A stretch of DNA of 64,000 bases from a virus, in the IMG/VR virus record IMGVR_UViG_3300025413_001414, positions 1 to 64,000 of that record; one strand, given 5' to 3'. Shown here in pieces: positions 19,129 through 30,374 of this stretch. The notes under the pieces were generated by a model that ran no database searches, was not told the origin of the DNA, and saw nothing but the letters and a program-made list of their open reading frames with translations. Position 1 is the stretch's first letter; each line of letters opens with the position of its first letter. A program made the position numbers and the translations under genes.

Positions 19129-22032
19129 ATGGCAATTAAATTTTCATTATCACCTGCACCATTATTTTTAGTACCTGATATCAAATCGTTAGTAAAGTTC
19201 TCTAATGGTGATTTAGGCATATCAGATCAAACCAAGTTAAGAACAATTGCCAAAAATGTATCTAATTCTAAATCAGATTCACAATTAGACCAACTTAAAA
19301 ATTTAATGGGATTTACATTAACTGGTGCAAATAGCAGTTATTATAAAAATGGAAAATATCAAATATCAACATCTGACATTAACTTAACACATAATAATGA
19401 TCTATCAGGATTAAAAGCTCTTGAAAAGTCTTTAATACAATCTATATTTGAGAGCCAAAAGCCTTATGCTGAGGTGTTCATACAAACAACTGGAGTCTTA
19501 GTTAAGATAGAAGATATAATTGCTCGTGTTTTATCTGTTGGTGGATCATCCCTCAAACCTTTTTATAATCCAAAAGCTTTAGGATATGGTGGATCAGAAT
19601 TAAATAGTGAGTTATCTAAATTACAATCTTTAAAAAATAAACAAAGAGGACACGGTAACACCCAAAGTGGCATTAATAATAATAAGGTAAAAACAACTGA
19701 TCAACCAAATATTGGTTATGAGTATAAAATTGACTCAATAGTTTATTCAACAGGTGAATATGATCCAACGGTTAAATATAATTATGAATATAGAGATATT
19801 TTAGATGATACTATAAATTTAAGCGATTTAAGTAATAAAGGAGTTGACGTTTTAAATCAAGAAAACAATCAACCAAAACCAAAGATTGTAGTTTTTGGAA
19901 TATTTAATAGTAAAGGACATGTAGTTGATAATGTACCATCTTGGTTAGAAAAAAGTGGCAAGTGGTTTGGACACTTTGATATGGTTACTAATTTTAAGTA
20001 TATTTGGTCTAAGCAAAATTTAGCTGATAAAATATCATTTGGATCACCCGGTAAAGGATGGGTTCAAAAAAAAGATATAATAGGAAATCCGATTGTAGTT
20101 GCTGGGACAGGTAGTGAATTGAATTCAATTGCTAATTATTACAATGATCAAATTCAAAGAAATTTAGATGATCTAAATATAGAGAAACAACAACAAACTA
20201 AAATAAAAAGCCAATTAAATCAAAGTTTAAATTCTGGAACTCAATCAATTTATCAAACTCAATTAGATACAATAATCAGTTCAGGATTTTTACCAACTGT
20301 CCAATTAACAAATGGCAAAAATCCAATTGGAAAATATCCTTTTCTTCCTAAAAATATTGTTTGGTCTGGAACAAGCTCAACAATAGGACTCGGATTAACA
20401 GGATCAACAACACAAGTTTGGATAGACCCTGAAAATGACTATGATATGAAATTGATTCAGATTAAGCCACAATTTGTAATCAAATTTTATGATAGTAAAA
20501 ATAATTTAATTGAAGGTGTGATTGATCCATTATCTATATTGAAACATTTACAAAAAAATCAAGTTGAGGTTATTGTCACTGGTGGCAGTAAATTAGGACA
20601 CACCATGGTTATTAACATAGAGCAGATTGACAATTCTAAATTAAAAGTCAATACACCATATTCAAAGGGATATTACGGATCAAGTACAGATGGTCAAAAA
20701 CAAACTATAGAAGTTTTATACAGATACGCAACAGCTTTGAATGATACTGACCACTATTATATTGTTGAAGGTATTTTATCATCAGAGAATACACAATCAT
20801 TTCCTGTAGTTGATAATGGTATCAGTGTTAATGGTAGTGGATACTATAGATTTCCTAAGGGACCGATTAGCGCAATTGGTGCTTTTATAAGAATGTTAAT
20901 AGATGTTTTTTCAAAATTGTTTCCATCAATTTCACTTTTAGAAAATATACTTGCTAATCCAGCTTCTTTTATTGTTGAAAGTGTTATACTTAAAAAAATT
21001 GGTGATAACAATGGAACTGAGGGTATAAAGTTTGATATTTTTTCAGAAGATTTTCTAAAAGATTTTAACACGATGATTAGTATGGACCCTTCTTTAAGAA
21101 AATCATTTGTAAGTAATTCTAAATTAAAAGATTATGTTTATGTTGGTGAAGATAATAATTACCAATTTCTATTAGATGGAAAGTCAATGGTAAGTTTCCT
21201 ATCTGCTAATTTTGGAATAAGCTTATCAAATTTAACTCCATCACTAATAACAAAAAGCTTACAGGAACAAGGATTAAGTGCATCAGTTCCACCTATGCCT
21301 AATGTCCCACTTGGTGGAATTAAACTACCGGATACACAACCAATATTGGAATTTTTATTAAATTTAGTAACATTCCCGTTAAATATAATTAAAAGCATTA
21401 TTGAATATATAATGAATTTTTTTAAAAAATTAAGCAATCCATTTGAGTTACCAAGTGCTATTGTAGAATTTGTTGGATTCGAGTGGTTATCTAAGTTATT
21501 TAATCCTATTTCGTTATTGGAAATTTTAGATATAAAATTCGATGTAATTAAGTTTGGATATTGGATTGCCGCAATTGATACTTACCCAGATTCGCATTTG
21601 TTTGATTTAAGTGAAATCATATCAATGCCATTTATACCACCTATGTTTAAAGCAACAAAAAAGCAACTATTAGAGTTAGAAAAATCTCCGATGGAGTTTT
21701 TAAAAGCTATAATTTGTCTAATTGCTGATATAATAAATTCTTTTATAGATTTTATATGGAGTCTAATGGGGTTAACTCCTATTTTACCACCACCACATGT
21801 GAATTTATGTAATGATATAAATAAGGCTATAGTTAATAATAAACTTCAAGGTTCGTTTGGGACACAATCATCGATAGAATCTCAACTTAATTCAAATCCA
21901 ACTCAACAGTCATATGAATATTTATATAATATAACTTTATCTGATGGGACAATTTTAACAAATTTAACATATGATCAATTACAAAAATACTTATCAGAAC
22001 ATAGTGATATAGAGTTTGATTTTAATTTCTAA
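19129..22032 (+). CDS. Large putative virion structural protein
   Basis: 967-aa ORF, hydrophobic Pro-rich C-terminal region, TAATATATA upstream. Confidence 0.55.
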   Translation: MAIKFSLSPAPLFLVPDIKSLVKFSNGDLGISDQTKLRTIAKNVSNSKSDSQLDQLKNLMGFTLTGANSSYYKNGKYQISTSDINLTHNNDLSGLKALEKSLIQSIFESQKPYAEVFIQTTGVLVKIEDIIARVLSVGGSSLKPFYNPKALGYGGSELNSELSKLQSLKNKQRGHGNTQSGINNNKVKTTDQPNIGYEYKIDSIVYSTGEYDPTVKYNYEYRDILDDTINLSDLSNKGVDVLNQENNQPKPKIVVFGIFNSKGHVVDNVPSWLEKSGKWFGHFDMVTNFKYIWSKQNLADKISFGSPGKGWVQKKDIIGNPIVVAGTGSELNSIANYYNDQIQRNLDDLNIEKQQQTKIKSQLNQSLNSGTQSIYQTQLDTIISSGFLPTVQLTNGKNPIGKYPFLPKNIVWSGTSSTIGLGLTGSTTQVWIDPENDYDMKLIQIKPQFVIKFYDSKNNLIEGVIDPLSILKHLQKNQVEVIVTGGSKLGHTMVINIEQIDNSKLKVNTPYSKGYYGSSTDGQKQTIEVLYRYATALNDTDHYYIVEGILSSENTQSFPVVDNGISVNGSGYYRFPKGPISAIGAFIRMLIDVFSKLFPSISLLENILANPASFIVESVILKKIGDNNGTEGIKFDIFSEDFLKDFNTMISMDPSLRKSFVSNSKLKDYVYVGEDNNYQFLLDGKSMVSFLSANFGISLSNLTPSLITKSLQEQGLSASVPPMPNVPLGGIKLPDTQPILEFLLNLVTFPLNIIKSIIEYIMNFFKKLSNPFELPSAIVEFVGFEWLSKLFNPISLLEILDIKFDVIKFGYWIAAIDTYPDSHLFDLSEIISMPFIPPMFKATKKQLLELEKSPMEFLKAIICLIADIINSFIDFIWSLMGLTPILPPPHVNLCNDINKAIVNNKLQGSFGTQSSIESQLNSNPTQQSYEYLYNITLSDGTILTNLTYDQLQKYLSEHSDIEFDFNF

Positions 22033-22077
22033 AACTTTCATTTAGATTGAATTTATAATATAAAAAAGATTTTTAAA

Positions 22078-22296
22078 ATGGGAAAAAAAGCGAAAGAGCA
22101 TAGAAAGAAAGTAGCTAAAAGAAATGAGTCTATTAAATTACAGCAAAAAAGAATTAAACAAGCTCAACAGGATTTTTTAATGGAAATGATTGAAAAGGAA
22201 AAATTAGCGGGTAAATTTGATAACAATCCTCAGATGCCGATTCCAGGTGGTTACAAGGGACCAGCAATTGATTTAGGACAAGGACCACAGATTTAA
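22078..22296 (+). CDS. Small basic hypothetical protein
   Basis: MGKKAKEHRKKVAKRN. Confidence 0.65.
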   Translation: MGKKAKEHRKKVAKRNESIKLQQKRIKQAQQDFLMEMIEKEKLAGKFDNNPQMPIPGGYKGPAIDLGQGPQI

Positions 22297-22493
22297 AATG
22301 ATAACATAACAAGTGGTATATTAAATATCTCTGTTATGAAATCTCTTTTGCTATTAACTGAGTAGAATTTAGAAGATATAGAATTAACTTTAGATGTTAA
22401 GTATCCTCTTACTAACTCTTTCTTTTTATAATCGTTTTTATGATTAGCTAAATAACGATTTATAAAAATAATAGCTTCAATTTCCTTTTTCAT
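22293..22493 (-). CDS. Hypothetical protein
   Basis: 66-aa ORF filling the gap between + genes. Confidence 0.5.
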   Translation of the reverse strand: MKKEIEAIIFINRYLANHKNDYKKKELVRGYLTSKVNSISSKFYSVNSKRDFITEIFNIPLVMLSF

Positions 22494-22548
22494 GAAATTA
22501 CATAAAATTTAGAGTTATATATTAAATTTTAAAAATAAAATTTTAATT

Positions 22549-23607
22549 ATGATAGAAAACGTCAATATCAATATAAATAAAGATGATCATTCAATAAATG
22601 ATTATTTATATTGTTTTGCTGAATTCGGTGAAATGCCAAGTAAAATAAAAATTTTCAACAACTATGATATTGATAAATTTATAGAGTTTACTGATAAAAA
22701 TTCAACAACTAAAAATATTTCCAAAGAGTTCATTCCAAGTGGATCCGACTTCATTATTAATGAAAAACATTTTATAAATATAGATGATATATTTATCTCA
22801 TTTGTAGAGTATGATAAAATGTCTGAATCAGGACACATTACAGATATAGTTATCTTCTATAGAATTAGTTCAGAATCAAGTGTTAATTCCTTCTTAGAAT
22901 CAATACACCCATTTTTAATTGATTATGAAAATGTCGGTGTTGAACAAAAATTTAATGTCTTGACTTTAACCCCAGAGGGATTACAACTTGAACCAATTGA
23001 TTTACTAAACGCTGATTATGAAAATATTGAATTATATTTTAACAAAGATGTCATTAAAAAATCTAATAAATTAATAAAGATCATAAGAAAAAAGCACAAG
23101 GGGTTGAGTATCATTCATGGTGAAAGAGGAGTTGGTAAAACAACACTGATTAATCATATGTTATCAAAAATAGATAAACTTAGTATTTTTATACCAGCTA
23201 ATATGATTGATATAATAACTACTAATGAATTTAAAAATTTTATTAGAAAACACAAAAAATCGATTATCATTATAGATGATTGTGAAATATATTTTTCAAA
23301 TAGTTATAGTAAGTCAAATATATTAACTAATAATATTTTACAAATGGTAGATGGTATAACATCTGATATGGACAATCTACACATTATAACAGTTTTAAAC
23401 ACAGATAATATAAATGATGTGGATTCTGTCCTGTTAGAATGTAATAATTTAATAGATGTAATGCTTGTTGATAGATTAATTGATTCAAAGTCAAATGAAT
23501 TATGTGAGTACTTAAAACAAAAAAATAAAATCAAAAATCCAAGGTTAATAGATATACTCAAGAATAAAAAAGAAGATTTTGATATAGTCAAGATTGGATT
23601 TCATTAA
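22549..23607 (+). CDS. AAA+ ATPase
   Basis: GERGVGKT Walker A, IIIIDDCE Walker B, LQMVDG. Confidence 0.8.
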   Translation: MIENVNININKDDHSINDYLYCFAEFGEMPSKIKIFNNYDIDKFIEFTDKNSTTKNISKEFIPSGSDFIINEKHFINIDDIFISFVEYDKMSESGHITDIVIFYRISSESSVNSFLESIHPFLIDYENVGVEQKFNVLTLTPEGLQLEPIDLLNADYENIELYFNKDVIKKSNKLIKIIRKKHKGLSIIHGERGVGKTTLINHMLSKIDKLSIFIPANMIDIITTNEFKNFIRKHKKSIIIIDDCEIYFSNSYSKSNILTNNILQMVDGITSDMDNLHIITVLNTDNINDVDSVLLECNNLIDVMLVDRLIDSKSNELCEYLKQKNKIKNPRLIDILKNKKEDFDIVKIGFH

Positions 23608-23622
23608 ATAAATATATAATTT

Positions 23623-23922
23623 ATGTACAACCTATTTACTGAAAAAGACATATTAGATTATTTAATGACTTCTGATTTCAACGAAGGATTAACAAAAGAG
23701 GAATCAAAGTTTTTACTTTTAAAGTATAGGAATTTTTATAGAAATGCTTATTCAAGATATGAACATTTCAAAAATCTGTCAGAAGATTTAAATAAGGATT
23801 TAGATAAAAAAAATCTTGAATTAGAAAAGTTAAATAAACAATTATCAAAAATTCAAGAGGATTTGGAAAAGGAAAAAAACAGAAAACTAACCTGGAAAGA
23901 AAGATTCAGAGGAAAAAAATGA
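23623..23922 (+). CDS. Coiled-coil hypothetical protein
   Basis: Heptad pattern; operon context. Confidence 0.6.
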   Translation: MYNLFTEKDILDYLMTSDFNEGLTKEESKFLLLKYRNFYRNAYSRYEHFKNLSEDLNKDLDKKNLELEKLNKQLSKIQEDLEKEKNRKLTWKERFRGKK

Positions 23923-24149
23923 ACACACAATTTAATACAGGTCAAGTAGTTTATTATGTTACTGGTGCTACTACAGCAACAGTTCATGATCCAGGATCAA
24001 CTGAAACTCATATAATGTATTTCAATGGTAAAGGTTTAGCTGCTCATTTTGTTAAAAATTATGAAATAATCGATTATCAAGAATATCTATCTAATCAAAG
24101 AGATGATAAAATAAATTCAATCATAAATGAATACAAGAATCTATCCTAA
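23919..24149 (+). CDS. Small protein with C-terminal RxxKI tag
   Basis: ...QRDDKINSII. Confidence 0.6.
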   Translation: MNTQFNTGQVVYYVTGATTATVHDPGSTETHIMYFNGKGLAAHFVKNYEIIDYQEYLSNQRDDKINSIINEYKNLS

Positions 24150-24357
24150 GGAATCATTTGATAAAGCTGTTAGACAATATGAGGTAAGAACTACAATTTG
24201 CCCAAGATGTTATTCAAAGGATCTTAGATTAGTTGATTCTAGATTTGCCTGGGTTAATGATTTTGAATGTATAAAATGTGATCATAAATTTAATAAAGAA
24301 CAATCACTAACTGTTGAATCTCTTAGAAATAAAAAAATTGATGATATATTAAAATGA
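24127..24357 (+). CDS. Zn-ribbon protein with C-terminal tag
   Basis: CPRC..CIKC; LRNKKIDDILK. Confidence 0.65.
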   Translation: MNTRIYPKESFDKAVRQYEVRTTICPRCYSKDLRLVDSRFAWVNDFECIKCDHKFNKEQSLTVESLRNKKIDDILK

Positions 24358-25181
24358 TTTTAAAAAGTCCTTTAAATTATAGTGGTAGTAAAGACAAAAT
24401 TATTACACAACTAATTAAATATTTTCCCAAAAAAGAAGATGTGAATACTTTTTATGATGTGTTTGCAGGTGGTTTATCAGTTACTATCAATACTGACTAC
24501 AACAAATATATTTCTAATGATATTATCAATCCTTTAATAGAGTTTTATGAAATTTTACAAACAGCATCAATAACAGACAAAATAGATTCTGAAATTGAAA
24601 AAATTGTTAGTTTTAAGATTAATAAAGAATCACAAGAGGAATTTCTTAGAGTAAGAGAACGTTTTAATGAAAGTTATGATCCATATTTATTTTTTTCTTT
24701 GGTTTCATCTTGCACTAATAATTTAATGAGATTTAATCAAAAATTTAAATTTAATCAAACATTTGGTAAAAGAACTATAAATGATAACACTATTCAAAAA
24801 TTAAAAGAATATTGTAACGTCTTAAAAAATAAAAATATTCAATTTACTAATCATCATTTTAGTAATTTATTTCAAATACATCCACCTAAACAAGGTGACT
24901 TTATTTATTTGGATCCACCTTATTATCATATAACCTCTGCTGGATATAATGCTTTTTGGAAAAAACAGGATGAAGAATATTTACATCAAATATTAGATTC
25001 ACTTGATAGTAATGGAATTAGATTTGCATTAAGTGGTGTTTCAAAACACAAAGGAAAAGATAATCCATACATGAACAGAATAAATAAATATAAAGTAATT
25101 AAGATTGAACACGATTATGAAAAAGTAGCTAAAAAGAAAGATTTAGGAGAAACGCAAGAGATTTTGGTTATAAATTATTAA
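24354..25181 (+). CDS. D12-class (Dam-like) N6-adenine DNA methyltransferase
   Basis: PLNYSGSK, DVFAGG, YLDPPY, EILVINY. Confidence 0.9.
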   Translation: MILKSPLNYSGSKDKIITQLIKYFPKKEDVNTFYDVFAGGLSVTINTDYNKYISNDIINPLIEFYEILQTASITDKIDSEIEKIVSFKINKESQEEFLRVRERFNESYDPYLFFSLVSSCTNNLMRFNQKFKFNQTFGKRTINDNTIQKLKEYCNVLKNKNIQFTNHHFSNLFQIHPPKQGDFIYLDPPYYHITSAGYNAFWKKQDEEYLHQILDSLDSNGIRFALSGVSKHKGKDNPYMNRINKYKVIKIEHDYEKVAKKKDLGETQEILVINY

Positions 25182-25207
25182 TATATAATAAAAAATAAAT
25201 TACTTTT

Positions 25208-25756
25208 ATGGAAATAAAAAAATATTCAGATTTCACTATAAATGAAGCTAAAGTTAAAAAAGAAGAAATTATCGATAAATTATTAGATTTATTTAAGAAG
25301 AAGCCTCATGTAGAGATGGACAGACTATCAAATGAAAAAGGATTATATTCTTTATCTGGTATGAAGAAATATCTTTCTAATTATACTACTCTTCAAGTAG
25401 ATCAGGCTTTACATGATATTAGAAATGATAAATCTACTGGTTTAAAAGTTATCAGAGTTTTTATTAATGTATGGGATGAGTCTATGCCTTATTATTATAT
25501 GGATTTAACTGAAGCAGAAGCTAAGAAGATTAAATCTGAATATGAAGAGCAAGAAATGAAAAAGAATAAAGAAGAAATAGATAAAACAACTGAACGTAAA
25601 AAGGGTCAAAAAGCAGCAACAGGAGCAAAATTAGCAGCAAAAAAAGAAGAAACTGCAAAGAAAGCAGCGGTAAGAAAAAAGGCAGCTCCTAAGAAAAAAG
25701 CTTCTGGTGAAGGTGTAGAAAGAGCACCAAGAACAAGGAAAAAAACATCTAAATAA
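25208..25756 (+). CDS. Protein with N-terminal tag and Lys/Ala-rich H1-like tail
   Basis: MEIKKYSDFTINE; AKKAAVRKKAAPKKK. Confidence 0.7.
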   Translation: MEIKKYSDFTINEAKVKKEEIIDKLLDLFKKKPHVEMDRLSNEKGLYSLSGMKKYLSNYTTLQVDQALHDIRNDKSTGLKVIRVFINVWDESMPYYYMDLTEAEAKKIKSEYEEQEMKKNKEEIDKTTERKKGQKAATGAKLAAKKEETAKKAAVRKKAAPKKKASGEGVERAPRTRKKTSK

Positions 25757-25761
25757 ATATT

Positions 25762-25785
25762 AAAAACCAGGGAAACCTGGTTTTT
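25762..25785 (+). terminator. Intrinsic terminator
   Basis: AAAAACCAGG-GAAA-CCTGGTTTTT. Confidence 0.7.
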
Positions 25786-25818
25786 GTATATATAACCATA
25801 TAAAAAATAAAAATTTTT

Positions 25819-26034
25819 ATGGATTATTTAGATAAGTATGATGATTTAATCAAGTTATTAACAGAAGAAATTGAGATTGATGGTAAGAAATACCTTTTAA
25901 AAGATGATTTTGAAAAATTTTTTGTAAAAGGAAATAAAACTGCTGGAACAAGAATACGAAAGGTAATGCAAATGTTGAGAAGAACAGCAGAGGATATAAG
26001 AAATAATGTTCAAGATTATAAAAAGTCAATCTAA
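25819..26034 (+). CDS. Histone H1-like (Hc1-family) nucleoid protein
   Basis: FEKFFVKGNKTAGTRIRK..Q.L...A..IR..VQ. Confidence 0.75.
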   Translation: MDYLDKYDDLIKLLTEEIEIDGKKYLLKDDFEKFFVKGNKTAGTRIRKVMQMLRRTAEDIRNNVQDYKKSI

Positions 26035-26104
26035 TTAAAAATCCCTACGGGGATTTTTTAGTTTTAATATTAAATATATAAATAATAAATTAATATATAC
26101 ATTA

Positions 26105-26650
26105 ATGAAAAAATTTAGTAACATATCAAAAGTAGAAGTTGGTCAAGAACCAAAGCCAGTTGAACCTTCAAAACAAGAAGTAGAAATTAATGAATTTAAG
26201 CTTGAAGTTATGAAATTAATAGATGAATTATTAAGCATTCGTTCATATGGAGTAGCTAGACCAGAAATTATGATTCCTACTAAAATTGTAGGTAAGGAAA
26301 TGTTTGTTGAGGCACTTACTGATTTACTTACTAAAAAGTCTAATAAAGCACAAGTAAAGGCATTAGAATCATTAAAATCTACAAATAAAGATTGGAAGTC
26401 AATTGAAGAAAAAATTGAATCAATTGAAAATAATAACTTTGATATTAAAGAGGTTAAAAAAATTAATGATATTATTGAAAAATGGGGAAGTGATGAAAGT
26501 AACTTATCATTTTTTTTAGAATCTTATGTTAATAGATTTGATGTTGAAGAAGCTAAGAATAAATATCAGATAGTGGAGAAGATGAATAAAAATAATGATC
26601 CACTTTTAAATTTGATTTCTGAAAAATTTTTGGAAAGAAGTAAAGTGTAA
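26105..26650 (+). CDS. Hypothetical protein
   Basis: 181 aa; MKKFSNI; TAATATATA upstream. Confidence 0.65.
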   Translation: MKKFSNISKVEVGQEPKPVEPSKQEVEINEFKLEVMKLIDELLSIRSYGVARPEIMIPTKIVGKEMFVEALTDLLTKKSNKAQVKALESLKSTNKDWKSIEEKIESIENNNFDIKEVKKINDIIEKWGSDESNLSFFLESYVNRFDVEEAKNKYQIVEKMNKNNDPLLNLISEKFLERSKV

Positions 26651-26651
26651 T

Positions 26652-26870
26652 TTATCTAAGAATTTTATTAATTAAATCATCTCTTTTTTCGGTTAAAATA
26701 ACAGATTTGTAGTCATTTATAGAAACTAAGTCTTCCTCGTTGAATAGACCTTCATGTAAATTTTCGGTAGCCCAAACACAGTCACACAAACCATCTTCTT
26801 TACATTCCACTACTCTCATTTTATTACCACCAGTATTTTTGATAACTAAATCTCCTGGTTTAAATTTCAT
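26652..26870 (-). CDS. YodC/DUF2158-like small protein with C-terminal tag
   Basis: FKPGDLV...GGNKMRV..CVW; KRDDLINKILR. Confidence 0.65.
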   Translation of the reverse strand: MKFKPGDLVIKNTGGNKMRVVECKEDGLCDCVWATENLHEGLFNEEDLVSINDYKSVILTEKRDDLINKILR

Positions 26871-26920
26871 GATATAAAATAGTTTTTTTTATATATTCAT
26901 TTTGAGTCACTTTCTATATT

Positions 26921-27441
<521 letters not shown>

Positions 27442-27464
<23 letters not shown>

Positions 27465-27669
27465 ATAATTTAATTTTATTTTCTCTTATCATATCTTTAG
27501 TTAAATCAGCTCTTCTATATTGCTCAGCACAATAGTAACATCTGGATCCTTGAAATTGGTAATGAAGACCGAATGTATAAGAACAGTCTTCGCAGTAATG
27601 TAATCCACAAGTATCACAAACCCATTCAGGCTCCACATTCTCGGTATAACAAATATAACAATGTATCAT
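27442..27669 (-). CDS. Cys-rich Zn-finger small protein with C-terminal tag
   Basis: Four CxxC; IRENKIK. Confidence 0.65.
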
Positions 27670-27670
27670 A

Positions 27671-28525
27671 TCAATAATTCATTATTAAAATTTCAGTTGC
27701 CTTAGTTTGTGCTTTACCAGATTTAGCCATTGCAGCTTTATGAAAATCCATTTGCTTCCAAGTATATTCATCTTTTGGAAACCATTCTGATAATTGTGGA
27801 AAATCATAATAACTCAAAGAAAATTTACCCTTAATACTTTTTAGACAATTAGGCAATCTTTCATGATCTTCTCTTGTGAATGAGTGATTAGAATAATATT
27901 TTCCTTCACCAACAATATAGTAAGGAGGATCACAATAAAAATAACTTTTCTCAGAATCATACTTTTTAATAACTTCCTCAAAATCTAAATTTTCAACATC
28001 AGTAATAGCCTGAAACATCTTTTGCCACTTTGGATGTTCTAATTTATTTTTAAATGAAGTAAATTTAGAATGATACTTACCTTTCAAGTCAATGAACTTT
28101 GAGGTTGCTGGATTAGCTCCAGAAAAAACTTGACTCAATACATAAGCATAACCAGCTGCTAAATTGTAATTAGGCTCATCAGGAATTTTAAAATCGGGAC
28201 TAAAAATCTTTGATTGAATTTTATTAAAAGTCTCTCTACATTCAACAGGTGTAGGTGAGATACCTTTTTGTTGAACTGGTAGTTTGTTACAAGCTTCTAA
28301 TAGTTTTTTAGGATTTCTAATACATCTATAAAGATTATAATTTAATGGATTAAAATCATTATAGACAATTGTTTTTAAATTAGGATATTCATCTAACTCC
28401 ATTTTAAAAAATGTCCAGAACATACCACTAAAGCTCTCACAAAAAACTTCAATATCTTTTGGAATATTAGGAATTATTAAATTTGGAGCAATAGTAGATT
28501 TACCCCCGATATAGCTTATACACAT
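27671..28525 (-). CDS. D12-class N6-adenine DNA methyltransferase
   Basis: SYIGGK, ESFSG, VYND, YCDPPY, EILIMNY. Confidence 0.9.
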   Translation of the reverse strand: MCISYIGGKSTIAPNLIIPNIPKDIEVFCESFSGMFWTFFKMELDEYPNLKTIVYNDFNPLNYNLYRCIRNPKKLLEACNKLPVQQKGISPTPVECRETFNKIQSKIFSPDFKIPDEPNYNLAAGYAYVLSQVFSGANPATSKFIDLKGKYHSKFTSFKNKLEHPKWQKMFQAITDVENLDFEEVIKKYDSEKSYFYCDPPYYIVGEGKYYSNHSFTREDHERLPNCLKSIKGKFSLSYYDFPQLSEWFPKDEYTWKQMDFHKAAMAKSGKAQTKATEILIMNY

Positions 28526-28599
28526 AGTTATACATTATTTTATAACTATTATATTTAATTATCTGAAAAAGTTGCATTTCTATAAATTAAAAAAACCTG

Positions 28600-28812
28600 T
28601 TATTTTCTAACAGGTTTTTTCTTATTATTATAAAGTGTATCTGATTTTTTTAACCACATAACATAATCTTGAAATTGATTATGAAGAATTGTGGTATTAT
28701 TCTTTACCTTTTTTACTACGATAGAATCTTTAAAAATTTCAATCGGCACAATTACTTGTGACTTGACTGAGATTGAAAAAAATACTAAAATTATACCTAA
28801 AAATTTTTTCAT
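28600..28812 (-). CDS. Small secreted protein
   Basis: Signal peptide MKKFLGIILVFFSISVKS|Q. Confidence 0.6.
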   Translation of the reverse strand: MKKFLGIILVFFSISVKSQVIVPIEIFKDSIVVKKVKNNTTILHNQFQDYVMWLKKSDTLYNNKKKPVRK

Positions 28813-28813
28813 A

Positions 28814-29395
28814 TTATTTAACTTCTTTTAGTTTATTAATTCTATCTCTAATTTGTGAAGCAATTTCAAACTCCTCATCTTCAACTGCTTTTTCAAGCAT
28901 CTTTTCAAGACTCTCAATAGAGACGGTTTCTTTCTTTCTTTCTCTATGATTCTTTTTATTTTGATCATCAGCGATTTGACCATCATCTGTCATATATATA
29001 CCAGCCATATCTAATACTGATTGAGATGCGTAGATAGGACATTTATAGATAATTGACATTGCAACAGCATCACCAATACCACATTCAATATCATAACTAT
29101 CCATAACATTAGATAATGTGACTCTTGTATAAAATACACCCTCAGTTAAAGAATGTATGTATATCTCATTAATCTCACCACCTAAAGCATCAGTGAAACT
29201 TTTGAATAGATCGTGTGTTGATGGTCTTGGTGATTCAATACCTTCCATTTTTAAAGCGATGTATTGAGCATCATTTGATTTAATAATGATAGGTAGTTTT
29301 CTGTCACCTTTTATTTCAGATAATACCAAAACATAAGATCCAATTTGACTTTGACTATAAGATAGTCCCAATATTTTTAATTTAATTCTCTTCAT
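28814..29395 (-). CDS. Bifunctional nuclease (DUF151) with UVR domain
   Basis: RKLPIII, RPSTHDL, DAVA; C-terminal AVEDEEFEIASQIRDRI. Confidence 0.88.
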   Translation of the reverse strand: MKRIKLKILGLSYSQSQIGSYVLVLSEIKGDRKLPIIIKSNDAQYIALKMEGIESPRPSTHDLFKSFTDALGGEINEIYIHSLTEGVFYTRVTLSNVMDSYDIECGIGDAVAMSIIYKCPIYASQSVLDMAGIYMTDDGQIADDQNKKNHRERKKETVSIESLEKMLEKAVEDEEFEIASQIRDRINKLKEVK

Positions 29396-29404
29396 AAATA
29401 TTTT

Positions 29405-30055
29405 TTAATCTTGTAACAATAAGTCTGCTGCGCTTGTGGCTGCAAATGCGATATTCTTACTAAAAACTCTATATCCCAAGCTTCTCAAGTAAGGAACCAT
29501 TGCTTTATAACTCATATTTGATTTATTTTTAGCATTACCTTTCTTATCAACATGACCTTCGCTTGGATTGTAGTCAACGTGAATATCAACTAATTTGAAA
29601 GGGATTTCTCTTTCAGCTTCAGTTAAACTCAAGTTGTTGATAAAAGAATCCTCATTGTGAGGTAATATATGAGAATATTGACCAGCGCATTTTAAAATAT
29701 GAAACTTATACCTTTTTCTTTCCTTATCACTCAAGTCTTTTCTTTGATAGAATGGCTCTAATCCTTCTTGTAGCATATCAGCAACTGCAAGTGCTAATTC
29801 AGCTTCTCTTTGAAGTCTTTCAAAGTGATCACGAACTTTATGAACGTTTTCTCTAAAGAATATAACGTGAGCACCGTTTCTAATATCAGTGTCATAAAGC
29901 ATAATAGTAACTGCATAGACAGTTTTTCTACGTCGTTGCACAGAATCACAACCTACGCTAATAGTTACATTAGGAGATTTATTGATATACTCTTTAAGAT
30001 ATTCTATTATATCAGGGATAAATTCCCCACCAAACCTTTTAAATTTATTTTTCAT
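29405..30055 (-). CDS. RNase H-like YkuK family protein
   Basis: ISVGCDS, RLQREA, DIHVDYN, AATSAAD. Confidence 0.8.
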   Translation of the reverse strand: MKNKFKRFGGEFIPDIIEYLKEYINKSPNVTISVGCDSVQRRRKTVYAVTIMLYDTDIRNGAHVIFFRENVHKVRDHFERLQREAELALAVADMLQEGLEPFYQRKDLSDKERKRYKFHILKCAGQYSHILPHNEDSFINNLSLTEAEREIPFKLVDIHVDYNPSEGHVDKKGNAKNKSNMSYKAMVPYLRSLGYRVFSKNIAFAATSAADLLLQD

Positions 30056-30290
30056 CGTTTCCTTTTTCTTCTTTATCGTATTCTATTATATTTATTAATA
30101 AAATGCTTTTTTGTGTAATAATAGGTGGTATTACCATAAATCCATCTTCTAACCACATTTCAAATCCATTTTCATCAACATAAAACTTTTTAGAAATATC
30201 AACCATTTCTAAATATTGGTCACTTGTTATATTCATCTTTTCAGAATGAAATTCACCTAGTTCATTTTTGATGACCATTTGGACTATCAT
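30045..30290 (-). CDS. Hypothetical protein
   Basis: 81-aa ORF. Confidence 0.55.
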   Translation of the reverse strand: MIVQMVIKNELGEFHSEKMNITSDQYLEMVDISKKFYVDENGFEMWLEDGFMVIPPIITQKSILLINIIEYDKEEKGNDEK

Positions 30291-30374
30291 AAGTATAAAT
30301 TTTTATTATTATACTTACGATATAGTAAATTGTTTAATTAACAAATTTAAGGAAAAACTTCGTATCAAAAAAAA